Of a stretch of 64,000 bases of DNA, positions 56,105 through 64,000 are shown one piece after another. Within the stretch, counting starts at the first letter, position 1; each line of letters starts with the position of its first letter. Source of the stretch: an uncultured Campylobacterales bacterium. GTDB lineage: Bacteria; Campylobacterota; Campylobacteria; Campylobacterales; Sulfurimonadaceae. The stretch is from positions 4,211-68,210 of the forward strand of contig CBFDAB010000001.1 of assembly GCA_965602745.1 (NCBI GenBank), written 5' to 3'. The notes beneath the pieces were generated by a model. It was not told where the DNA came from and ran no database searches. It saw only the letters and a program-made list of their open reading frames with translations. The position numbers and the translations under genes were made by a program.

Positions 56105-56662
56105 TTATACTTTTAGTATTTCTGCTTCTTTATTTTTTAAGATCGTGTCGATGTCAGAAATAAACTTATCTGTAATTTTTTGGATTACATCTTGAGCTGC
56201 TTTTGACTCGTCAGGTGTGACCTCTTTCTCTTTTTCTAGCTTTTTAATATCATTATTCGCTTTTTGTCTGTCATTACGGATAGAGATTCTGGCATCTTCA
56301 CCCATACCCTTCATCTTTTTAACAGTCTCTTTTCTTTGATCAACAGTCATCGGAGGAAAGTTAAGGATGATCTTTTCACCATCAGAATTCGGATTTACAC
56401 CGATATTGGCTTTTGAGATCGCAGACTCAATGTCAGCGACAAGAGGCTTTTCCCAAGGATTTATAACGATAGTAGTAGCATCTGTTGCAATAACAGAACC
56501 TACTTGATCAAGTGCCGTCTGTGTTCCATAATAGTCAATTCTTATGCCATCAAGGATCGAAGTCATTACCTTCCCTGTGCGTAGAGTTTTGAAGCTATGG
56601 TGCATATGCTCAATAGAACCTTCCATGTTCATTTTGCATTCTTCTTGAATATCATTTATCAT
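56105..56662 (-). CDS. frr: ribosome recycling factor
   Basis: 185 aa, typical RRF sequence (...FKTLRTGKV..SILDGIRIDYYG...). Confidence 0.95.
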   Translation of the reverse strand: MINDIQEECKMNMEGSIEHMHHSFKTLRTGKVMTSILDGIRIDYYGTQTALDQVGSVIATDATTIVINPWEKPLVADIESAISKANIGVNPNSDGEKIILNFPPMTVDQRKETVKKMKGMGEDARISIRNDRQKANNDIKKLEKEKEVTPDESKAAQDVIQKITDKFISDIDTILKNKEAEILKV

Positions 56663-56679
56663 AGTGTTATTTCCTTATT

Positions 56680-57702
56680 TTATTTTTTGACAATAATCTT
56701 ACTTGTGTAGGCGTTGCCGGCTTTGATAATCACACGTGTACGTCTCAGCTTAAGCGGATAGGTCTTATCACTTTTAAATTCGCCGTCTTCAGGTGTAATA
56801 TATTCCCAGCTTCCCCCACTGACGTAGAGCTCTGCCTTCTTAATTGTTGACGGCATTGTAACGTTAATATAATTAAGCTTTCCATTAATCGGATAGTTTT
56901 TTGGTGAATGCCATGTGGCATTTAGATATTTGATACGGAGTTTTTGCTTAAGGTTTACATCCCCTGTCAAGGCAATACGGTCCAGATCATTTGTTGGACT
57001 CTTCTCTGATACGGCGCCTACATTTTGGTTTACTATAAGATCAAAACCATAAGAACCGATCTCTTGTTTTATACTTTCATCAAACTCACCATAAGGGTAG
57101 GCATAATATTTTGGCTTAAACCCTAGGTGCTTTTCAAAAGAAGCAAGTCCTTTGAGCGTATCTTTCCTGACGTCTTGGACAGAAAGAGAGACCATATGCT
57201 TATGTCCATAAGAGTGCAGGCCCATCTCGCCGTATTTAGAAGCTTCTATTACCTGTTCCCAACTCATAAAATCACCATAGTGCTTATCGGTAGCTTCTAT
57301 ATAAACAAAAAGAGCAAAGGGATACTTGTACTCTTTAAAGAGTTCCAAACCATTTTCGTAAAAGCTTTTAAAGGAGTCATCAATGCACAGTACAACCCAG
57401 TTATCAGGAATATTTTGATGGTTTTTCAGAGCTTTGTTGAGCTTATTCAAAGAGATGACTTCATAATCATTGTTTTTGAAGTAGTCAAATTGTTTTTTTA
57501 AGGTGTTTATGGAGACATTTGTTGAGGCGTGTCTATCATCACCAAAACGATGATAGACAAAGATATGGGCGTCTGCGTAAAGCGTAAGTGATAAAAGTGC
57601 GAATAGAAATATCTGTCTGATAAGACCAATGTTTAAAGCACTGTAAATACGTGGGCTTTTTGCCGAAGAAAACTTAGCGTAGTCTAATAGGCTCTTGCTC
57701 AT
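56680..57702 (-). CDS. polysaccharide deacetylase (NodB-homology) family protein
   Basis: N-terminal TM helix, FVYHRFGD..., then ...LCIDDSFKSFY... and ...HSYGHKH... metal/catalytic motifs, with an extra C-terminal beta-rich domain. Confidence 0.7.
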   Translation of the reverse strand: MSKSLLDYAKFSSAKSPRIYSALNIGLIRQIFLFALLSLTLYADAHIFVYHRFGDDRHASTNVSINTLKKQFDYFKNNDYEVISLNKLNKALKNHQNIPDNWVVLCIDDSFKSFYENGLELFKEYKYPFALFVYIEATDKHYGDFMSWEQVIEASKYGEMGLHSYGHKHMVSLSVQDVRKDTLKGLASFEKHLGFKPKYYAYPYGEFDESIKQEIGSYGFDLIVNQNVGAVSEKSPTNDLDRIALTGDVNLKQKLRIKYLNATWHSPKNYPINGKLNYINVTMPSTIKKAELYVSGGSWEYITPEDGEFKSDKTYPLKLRRTRVIIKAGNAYTSKIIVKK

Positions 57703-57733
57703 TAGACGTATGCCTTAGACGGCGCATGTCTCA

Positions 57734-58051
57734 TTATTTACTAGTGTTGGCTTCAGTTGCAGGCATTGCAGATGGTGCAACAACTGTTGTCTCTTCAATG
57801 ATAGTATCAACTACAGAAGAGTTATTCGATTGAGCATAAAAGTAACCCATAGCAATAGTGTTTGCTACAAATAAGAAGCCTAAGAAGAAAGTCATTTTAG
57901 CAAGAAAACTTGCCGGGCCTTTTGCACCAAATACAGATTCATTTGATCCGCTATAGGCACCAAGACCAATACTTGAGCTTTTTTGAAGAAGTACAGAAAT
58001 CGTTAAAAGAACGACTAAAATAATCTGAACAATCAATAATATAGATATCAT
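57734..58051 (-). CDS. secG: preprotein translocase subunit SecG
   Basis: 105 aa with two TM helices and the ...LLQKSSS.GLG..SGS..SVFGA.G... pattern. Confidence 0.85.
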   Translation of the reverse strand: MISILLIVQIILVVLLTISVLLQKSSSIGLGAYSGSNESVFGAKGPASFLAKMTFFLGFLFVANTIAMGYFYAQSNNSSVVDTIIEETTVVAPSAMPATEANTSK

Positions 58052-58249
58052 TAAGTTTCCTAGTTTAAAAATTGCGTAATTATAGCAAAATATAACTTTA
58101 TAAATAGTTTATTTCAAAATATTATATTTTATGTGAATGTGTATAATCGTAATTTAAACAGTATTAAATATAAATATCTAGGTTCTAAGAATGTATATAT
58201 AAGTTTTTTTTTAATACAATCCATTAACTTAAAATTAAAGGGAGTTAGA

Positions 58250-59341
58250 ATGAAGGTAGTAAATTATTTATTGCTAGGGCTAGTAGTATTAATGACGGGG
58301 TGTGCTCAAAAGGTACAAGTAAAGGCACTTGATCCGGCAGAAATTGGGGCAATGGCTTCTAAAAAGAAAGTTGCAGTAACAGGTTTTAAAAATGATAAGG
58401 TTGGTCTTTCTGGAAAGATCGAAGCAGAAATTGCTAAACATACCTTAGATGACAAAAAATACTTTACTGTACTAAGCAGAGCAGACTTAGACAAGGTGAT
58501 GAAAGAGCAGAAGCTACAGTCTTCTACTCTTATGAGCGCTAAAACAGCTTCAAAAATTGGTAAACTAGTAGGTGCACAAGCATTAATTAACGGTAAAGTT
58601 ACTTCATCAGGTAAAGAAGGCTCATATGTTGAAGACAGAGAAAAATGTCTTCAATATTATAAAGACGGTAGTGGATGTGCACAATTTAAACATTATAAAG
58701 TGACATGTAAGACTACTCAGGCCGGTCTTAATGCTAGTATCAATATAGTTGATATGGACAACGGACGTATTGTTCATGCTGATACAATTTCTAAAGAGTA
58801 TAATGCCGACTCTTGTAAATTTGATTCAGCAGCAGCTTCTAAGAGTGTTGGTGGCGGCTTTTTAGGTGCTGCACTAGGGGCTATAGCAAGTACAGCGAAA
58901 ACATCAAATGGAACTATTCTTACTAAAGAACAAGCTCTTCAAAGATTGTCAAATGAAATCGCAGATGAGTTCGTTCATAAGCTTGCTCCACATTATGTTT
59001 ACTTTGAGGTTACATTATTAGACTCAATTGAATTTGAAGTTGAGGACGCTCAAGCTGCTACTCTAGAGGGTGCCTTAGGTTATATTAAAGGTGGACGTAT
59101 GGACAAGGCTGAATCAATTATGAGCAAGCTAAATGACCAGCTAAATGGAAAAAGTTATGTAGTTGCTTATGATTTAGGTGTAGTTAAAGAAGCTCAAGGA
59201 AAACTTGCAGAGTCTAAAAAAATGTATGCAATGGCAGACGAATTATCTTTGCAGCCAGTTCCTGAAATAAATGAAGCTGTTCTTCGTATTGAGAAACTAA
59301 TTGCAAAACGTAGTAAAGCACAGGCTCAGATCAACAGATAA
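58250..59341 (+). CDS. lipoprotein with CsgG/LpoB-like N-terminal module and helical C-terminus
   Basis: Lipobox LMTGCAQ at ATG 58250 (GGAG RBS). The pattern KKKVAVTGFKN...FTVLSRADLDKVMKEQKLQ...KIGKLVGAQALINGKV is typical of CsgG/TolB-N-like lipoproteins. Confidence 0.45.
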   Translation: MKVVNYLLLGLVVLMTGCAQKVQVKALDPAEIGAMASKKKVAVTGFKNDKVGLSGKIEAEIAKHTLDDKKYFTVLSRADLDKVMKEQKLQSSTLMSAKTASKIGKLVGAQALINGKVTSSGKEGSYVEDREKCLQYYKDGSGCAQFKHYKVTCKTTQAGLNASINIVDMDNGRIVHADTISKEYNADSCKFDSAAASKSVGGGFLGAALGAIASTAKTSNGTILTKEQALQRLSNEIADEFVHKLAPHYVYFEVTLLDSIEFEVEDAQAATLEGALGYIKGGRMDKAESIMSKLNDQLNGKSYVVAYDLGVVKEAQGKLAESKKMYAMADELSLQPVPEINEAVLRIEKLIAKRSKAQAQINR

Positions 59342-60366
59342 TGAGAAGAGTTCTTACTTATGTTTCATTAGCACTTAGTTCGATTATTCTGACTTCTTTT
59401 GGAGGCTGTGGCAAGCCTCCTGCACCTAAAGATGCGCAGATGATCGTGAAGCCTTATCCTTCTTGGTACACAGATGCTCATGTTAATGATTTTCAGTATA
59501 TGTACTCTACAGGAAACGGTGAAAACAAAGACGAGGCTGTCAGAAATGCTTTAAACAATATGATTTCTGAGCTTGGAATTACAATTGAATCTACTTATGA
59601 GAGTAAGACTGAATCAAAAGTCTCTTACGGCGAATCAGTCAATAAAGAGATTAAGAATTCTATCAAAGCAAATGTTTCAAAAATACGGATTAGTAATTAT
59701 GAAGTTGTAAGCTTTGAGAAGATGAGTTACAGAGAGACGATTGTAATGGTAAGATCGGATAAACAGAAGTTTGCTGATAGTTTGAAGAAAGCTCTAGATG
59801 GTAAATTTGATGCTATAGCACAAGAAGAAAATGCTGTAAAGTCGAAGGACAACCTGAAGAAGTATAATAAATATACTGAACTCGTGAGCAGGGCCCAGGC
59901 ATTGAGATCAGAGATTATGGTTTTATCTAGTGTAGATAAAACTTTTGAGCAATCTATATATCTGAAATCGATAGCTAAGCTAAAAAATTCTTTTTTGAAA
60001 GCGAAAACAGAGTTGAAATTCTATGTTGAAGGCGATAAAAATTCGGCTTATTTCAGGACAAAGATTCAGAACTTTATCTCTGATAAGGGCTTGAATCTGA
60101 TACCCAAAAATAAACCGGATGCTATTAGAATAAAAATCAACACAGAAACAACGACAAGCATAGTCAATGACAGTTTCAAGGTAGCTATTTTTACTGTAGA
60201 TATTAAATCATTTGCTAATCAAAATCGCATAGGCGGAAAAACATTGGTTCTAAAAGAGCGTTACAATAGATCAATGTCAGAAGCTAAGAAAAATGCTTCT
60301 ATTCACTTAGAAGAAGATATGAAAAATCAAGAGACAGAAGAAATTCTGGGTTTAAAGATCAAATAG
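59341..60366 (+). CDS. LPP20-family lipoprotein with C-terminal extension
   Basis: Lipobox-like FGGCG. PSWYTDAH...YSTGNGENKDEAVRNALNNMISEL resembles the LPP20 domain. Its start overlaps the previous stop (TAATG). Confidence 0.5.
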   Translation: MRRVLTYVSLALSSIILTSFGGCGKPPAPKDAQMIVKPYPSWYTDAHVNDFQYMYSTGNGENKDEAVRNALNNMISELGITIESTYESKTESKVSYGESVNKEIKNSIKANVSKIRISNYEVVSFEKMSYRETIVMVRSDKQKFADSLKKALDGKFDAIAQEENAVKSKDNLKKYNKYTELVSRAQALRSEIMVLSSVDKTFEQSIYLKSIAKLKNSFLKAKTELKFYVEGDKNSAYFRTKIQNFISDKGLNLIPKNKPDAIRIKINTETTTSIVNDSFKVAIFTVDIKSFANQNRIGGKTLVLKERYNRSMSEAKKNASIHLEEDMKNQETEEILGLKIK

Positions 60367-60487
60367 ATAAAGCTAGGTCATATGACCTGCTTGCCAACTT
60401 CTTTCACATTTAACTGCAAATTTCACTTAAAACATATTAATAATCCTATATAATACATTCTAAATTTTATAATCAAAGAACATCTAA

Positions 60488-61396
60488 ATGAAAAAAGCAT
60501 TAATTTTTGTACTACTGTTACTGGCAGTATTTATCGGGGAGATGCTTATGTTTGAAAACAACACCCATATTCAAGAAAAAGATCCATATATCAGTGTAAC
60601 AAGCTTTCCTCTGTTTGAGATCAGCAACAAACTTATTGCTAATCAAGTCAAGATTAATAAACTTATTCCTTTTGGTATCGAGACTCACACCTATATGCCT
60701 TCAGTAAAAACAATGACAACAATCTCAAAGTCTAAGCTTTTTATCTTTAACGGTCTGGGAATTGAACCGTGGATCAAAAAAGAGTATCCAAACCAGATAG
60801 ATATGAGTCAGTTTATACAGTTAAATGAGACGGGTGAAGGTCATGAAGATGATGGACACGGACATAGTGATGAGGGTATCGATCCGCATTATTGGCTAGA
60901 TATAGAGAATATGATAAAAATGACGCATGTTTTAGCAAAAAGATTTGGGAAAGATTTTCCGGAATATAAGAGCTTGATTGATGAAAACTCAAAGAAGTAT
61001 ATTAATGAACTTCAGACCTTATCAGCGGAGTACAAAGCAGCACTAAAGATATGCAAGCGAGAAGAGATTGTAGTCAACCATAATGCCTTTGGATATCTTT
61101 CCCATGAATACGGTTTTTCTGTTCATTCTGTGACAGGTCTTTCTCCCGACGAGCAAGTCAGTGCAAAGAAGATGAAAGAGATTATGGATTTGGTTAGACA
61201 AGAGGGCATAAAGACTATTTTCTTTGAGAGTTTTATAAGTCCGAAAGTCTCTGAGACTATCTCAAAAGAGACAGGCGCGCAGGTACAGTCACTTCAACCC
61301 TTGGCTAATGTCACAGCAGACGAGGCAAAGAGGGGATATATCGCATTGATGCGAGAAAACTTAGATAAGCTCTCAGCTGCCTTGGAGTGCGAATGA
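60488..61396 (+). CDS. znuA: metal (zinc-type) ABC transporter substrate-binding protein
   Basis: Cluster-9-like binding protein with an acidic/His-rich loop GEGHEDDGHGHSDEGIDPHYW. Confidence 0.8.
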   Translation: MKKALIFVLLLLAVFIGEMLMFENNTHIQEKDPYISVTSFPLFEISNKLIANQVKINKLIPFGIETHTYMPSVKTMTTISKSKLFIFNGLGIEPWIKKEYPNQIDMSQFIQLNETGEGHEDDGHGHSDEGIDPHYWLDIENMIKMTHVLAKRFGKDFPEYKSLIDENSKKYINELQTLSAEYKAALKICKREEIVVNHNAFGYLSHEYGFSVHSVTGLSPDEQVSAKKMKEIMDLVRQEGIKTIFFESFISPKVSETISKETGAQVQSLQPLANVTADEAKRGYIALMRENLDKLSAALECE

Positions 61397-62151
61397 AGTT
61401 TGATACCGCTGTTTTTGAAGCCCAAGGTCTTTCGTATAAGATAAACGGGACGGATATTATCAAAGATATTAGTTTTGTAGTACAAAAAGGTGACTATAGC
61501 GCCGTTATCGGGCCTAATGGAGGGGGAAAGACGACACTTATCCGTCTTCTTCTTGGATTAGAAAAGAAAAGCAAGGGGAGTATTAAACTCTTTGGTCAAA
61601 AACACAGAGCCTTTAAGTCTTGGGATAAGATAGGATATGTTCCTCAGCGTGTTTCACAGATAGATCAGTTCTTTCCGGCGACCGTTGAAGAAGTCGTAAA
61701 AATGGGAAGAACAGCAAAGCGAGGTTTGTTTACCAGAGAATCACAAGAAGATAGGGATGCGGTAGAAGAGGCCATGATTAAGATGGATGTGCTTACTCTA
61801 CGTGAAAAGCTTGTGGGGGAACTCTCCGGTGGTCAGCGTCAACGTGTGATGATTGCTAGAGCCTTGGCTTCTAATCCTGAAGTCCTTATCTTGGATGAGC
61901 CGAACACGGGCGTAGATATGGTTTCTCAAAATCGTTTTTATGCCCTTCTTAGAGAGCTTAATCAAAAAGATGGAATGACAATCTTATTTATTACACATGA
62001 TGTTGGCGTGATTGCGAACGATATACAATCTATGCTCTGTATAAACCAGACACTCTTGGCCTGTAATAACCCACACGAGGTCTTAAGCTGTTCAGAGATG
62101 AGTAAACTATATGGGATTGATGCACACTTGATTCATCATCACCATCATTAA
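61393..62151 (+). CDS. znuC: metal ABC transporter ATP-binding protein with native C-terminal His5
   Basis: Walker A GPNGGGKTT, signature LSGGQRQR, Walker B LILDEP. It ends ...LIHHHHH (nt 62134-62148). Its ATG overlaps the znuA stop (ATGA). Confidence 0.8.
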   Translation: MKFDTAVFEAQGLSYKINGTDIIKDISFVVQKGDYSAVIGPNGGGKTTLIRLLLGLEKKSKGSIKLFGQKHRAFKSWDKIGYVPQRVSQIDQFFPATVEEVVKMGRTAKRGLFTRESQEDRDAVEEAMIKMDVLTLREKLVGELSGGQRQRVMIARALASNPEVLILDEPNTGVDMVSQNRFYALLRELNQKDGMTILFITHDVGVIANDIQSMLCINQTLLACNNPHEVLSCSEMSKLYGIDAHLIHHHHH

Positions 62152-62227
62152 AATGTATACCTTGAATAAGAAACGTGTTTATGCAGTTCTATCGAGTACA
62201 ATAACATTAATAGGAGCAGGGATCTAA

Positions 62228-63025
62228 ATGATAGATATATTTCAATACGACTTTATGATAAATGCCTTCCTGGCCGGCATCATCATCGCCGTTCTAGCAT
62301 CAGTATCAGGCTCATTTATCGTCCTGCGCCGATATGCGATGCTCACAGAGACCTTGGCGCATGTTGCCTTAGTCGGGGTTGCTATAGGTATGGTTACTGA
62401 GCAAAATCCTATATGGGTGGCTGTTCTTGTATCTGTTCTTTCTGCGTGGCTGATTGAATACCTCCGTTCTTATCTAGGGCTGTATTCAGACTCTATCTTG
62501 GCAATATTTCTTTCGGGTTCTTTAGCTTTGGCTGTGGTTATTGTCTCTGTGGCGGGTTCATTTAATGCTTCTTTATTCTCTTACCTCTTTGGCTCAATCC
62601 TTTCAGTGACAAATGAAGACCTTATAATAATGCTTGTTTTTGGATCTCTTTCAATGGCCGTTCTTTTGGGACTGTTTAAGGAGTTCTATTTTATTGCCTT
62701 TGACGAAGAAGTCGCTCAGGTTAGCGGGCTAAAAGTAAAATTATTGAACTTTCTGCTTGTAACCATTATCGCCGTTATCATTGCTCTGTCTATTCGCGTA
62801 GTGGGAACACTGCTTATTGGTGCCTTGATGGTTATCCCAACCATATCTGCTCTTCGTTATAGACTTGGATTTTCAAAGACCATCCTTCTCTCTTTGCTAT
62901 TTTCTATCTCAGCTGTATTGATCGGAATGACACTCTCTTATAACTTCTCTCTTCCAAGTGGTGCGACGATTGTCCTTGTTATTTTGGTGATTTTTGTTAT
63001 CTCAATGCTGATAAACAGAAAATGA
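62228..63025 (+). CDS. znuB: metal ABC transporter permease
   Basis: 265-aa polytopic ABC-3-type permease that follows znuA and znuC. Confidence 0.8.
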   Translation: MIDIFQYDFMINAFLAGIIIAVLASVSGSFIVLRRYAMLTETLAHVALVGVAIGMVTEQNPIWVAVLVSVLSAWLIEYLRSYLGLYSDSILAIFLSGSLALAVVIVSVAGSFNASLFSYLFGSILSVTNEDLIIMLVFGSLSMAVLLGLFKEFYFIAFDEEVAQVSGLKVKLLNFLLVTIIAVIIALSIRVVGTLLIGALMVIPTISALRYRLGFSKTILLSLLFSISAVLIGMTLSYNFSLPSGATIVLVILVIFVISMLINRK

Positions 63026-63705
63026 AGATAGAAAAAGAATTTTCGCGATTTGCGCATCAGTATGGGCAGTATAACACTATCCAAAATAGAGTGGCTCAAA
63101 AGCTTGTTGATGATGCCGGAGACAAGCCTCAGTCTATATTAGACCTTGGATGTGGAAATGGAACGCTGTTTAATAAAGTATCTTGGGAGTATAAAAAGTT
63201 TCTAGGAATAGACTTCTCGCAAAAAATGCTTGAGCTCCACCCTAAAGATGAGAAGGTAGAGTGTCGTCTTGGGGACTTCAATGAGGATAAACTCTTTGAG
63301 GAGCTAGTAAAAGAGAGATATGACCGTGTCTTCTCTGCTTCATCTTTGCAGTGGGCGCAAGACCTTGATACAACGCTTTATCAGATATCCCAGTTAAACG
63401 CACCCATCTCCTTGGCTATCTTTACCTCTAACACTTTTAAGAGTATGCTTGAAACAGCAGGAATCTCTTCTCCTTTGCGCTGTGCAGATGAAGTCTCTTA
63501 TCTTATTGGACAATACTTTCATTGTGATATTGAGATTATGAGGTATGAATTGACATTTGAGTCAGTAGAAGAGATTTTCACCTATATCAAAAAGTCGGGG
63601 GTCTCAGGCGGAAGAAATGTTCTTGGTTATAAAGAGATGAAGAAGCTGATGAAAAGCTATCCAAGCAAGAGCTTGGAGTTTGAAGTACTATTCGCTAGAA
63701 ACTAG
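63022..63705 (+). CDS. bioC: SAM-dependent methyltransferase, BioC-like (malonyl-ACP O-methyltransferase)
   Basis: FSRFAHQYGQYNTIQ N-terminus, SAM motif ILDLGCGNG, SSLQWAQDL and ...IKKSGVSGG, which parallel E. coli BioC landmarks. It overlaps the znuB stop by 4 nt. Confidence 0.55.
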   Translation: MKIEKEFSRFAHQYGQYNTIQNRVAQKLVDDAGDKPQSILDLGCGNGTLFNKVSWEYKKFLGIDFSQKMLELHPKDEKVECRLGDFNEDKLFEELVKERYDRVFSASSLQWAQDLDTTLYQISQLNAPISLAIFTSNTFKSMLETAGISSPLRCADEVSYLIGQYFHCDIEIMRYELTFESVEEIFTYIKKSGVSGGRNVLGYKEMKKLMKSYPSKSLEFEVLFARN

Positions 63706-63756
63706 AGCTTTTTATCAACAGATTCACGGATCACTCTGATTTTTTTTAAATCCGTT

Positions 63757-63789
63757 TAATCTTCGCAATCATGCTGACTAACTAAGATT
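63757..63789. repeat. copy 1 of a degenerate direct repeat downstream of the bioC-like gene
   Basis: TAATCTTCGCAATCATGCTGACTAACTAAGATT. The flanking roughly 20 nt is also similar to copy 2. Confidence 0.5.
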
Positions 63790-63868
63790 ATCTATATATA
63801 GCCTCAATTTCTAAGAAAACAAAAGTCCTTTGCCAGCAGACTGAGCAGATTATCTCTTTGAACTCCTC

Positions 63869-63897
63869 TAATCTTCGTAATAAAACTGACCAAGATT
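63869..63897. repeat. copy 2 of a degenerate direct repeat
   Basis: TAATCTTCGTAATAAAACTGACCAAGATT. It is about 80% identical to copy 1 and offset from it by about 110 nt. Confidence 0.5.
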
Positions 63898-64000
63898 CAA
63901 GAGGCCAGGCTGAGTATATGTAATATTGCACTTAAGTCAGGTTGTCTTTCTCCAGAGTATAGAGCTCATATCTGATATGCTTGAACCTTTCGGAGAGTTC

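Noticed and set aside
58133-58249. Upstream extension of the lipoprotein ORF (track start 58133). The same applies to the track starts 27121, 20944, 35669, 23694 and 17957.
   Set aside because: Internal ATG codons with Shine-Dalgarno-like sequences give proper signal peptides, lipoboxes or canonical N-termini. The extensions run through AT-rich promoter-like DNA or into the preceding gene.
1-64000. Searched by eye for CRISPR arrays, tRNA/rRNA/tmRNA genes, transposases, integrases, phage genes and classical defence-system enzymes (nucleases, methyltransferase-restriction pairs, STAND NTPases)
   Set aside because: I found no regularly spaced identical repeats, no tRNA-like GTTCGAATC/T-loop contexts in the intergenic regions, and no ORF with recombinase, nuclease or NTPase signatures other than ABC, P-type and helicase housekeeping types.

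Overview
This is a low-GC bacterial chromosomal segment. Its gene content and style point to a sulfur-oxidising member of the Campylobacterota such as Sulfurimonas or Sulfurovum; this is inference only. The supporting traits are a Tat-exported sulfide:quinone-reductase-like flavoprotein, an LPP20-type lipoprotein, overlapping pyrG-recJ, and many coupled or overlapping genes.

The window is densely coding, with about 64 genes. From left to right:
- cca, a nitroreductase, a GGDEF-EAL protein with a binding-protein partner, and an MscS channel.
- A complete Pho/Pst locus: phoU-phoB-phoR-pstCAB on the minus strand and a divergent pstS.
- A small mosaic islet of two tiny ORFs, a membrane protein, a GC-rich CSD-DUF1294 gene and a decayed macro-domain gene.
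- A VIT transporter and an hrpB helicase interrupted by two in-frame stops.
- A roughly 13-kb metal-resistance island: FixH-like gene, TolC/MFP/RND efflux genes, a GKCG-motif lipoprotein, a DUF2279-like protein, a beta-barrel carrying CXXCH, a SHOCT protein, copA and a two-component system.
- A degenerate GGDEF protein, then an arsenic cluster (arsI/cadI-like, arsR, arsC, arsB, DUF2892) and an OprO/P-type porin.
- An unusual five-gene minus-strand operon: two paralogous WD40 plus helical-repeat proteins, a META lipoprotein, a periplasmic protein and a frameshifted CheY-like regulator.
- Housekeeping genes: sqr-like, recJ, pyrG, kef-like, pyrE, frr, secG, a lipoprotein pair, znuABC and a bioC-like gene.

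I recognised no rRNA, tRNA, CRISPR array, transposase or integrase.

The best leads are:
- the WD40 operon;
- the accessory genes wedged between the RND pump and copA;
- a Pho-box-like promoter architecture shared by four promoters, including the porin next to the ars genes.

All family assignments come from motif recognition by eye. No searches were run.
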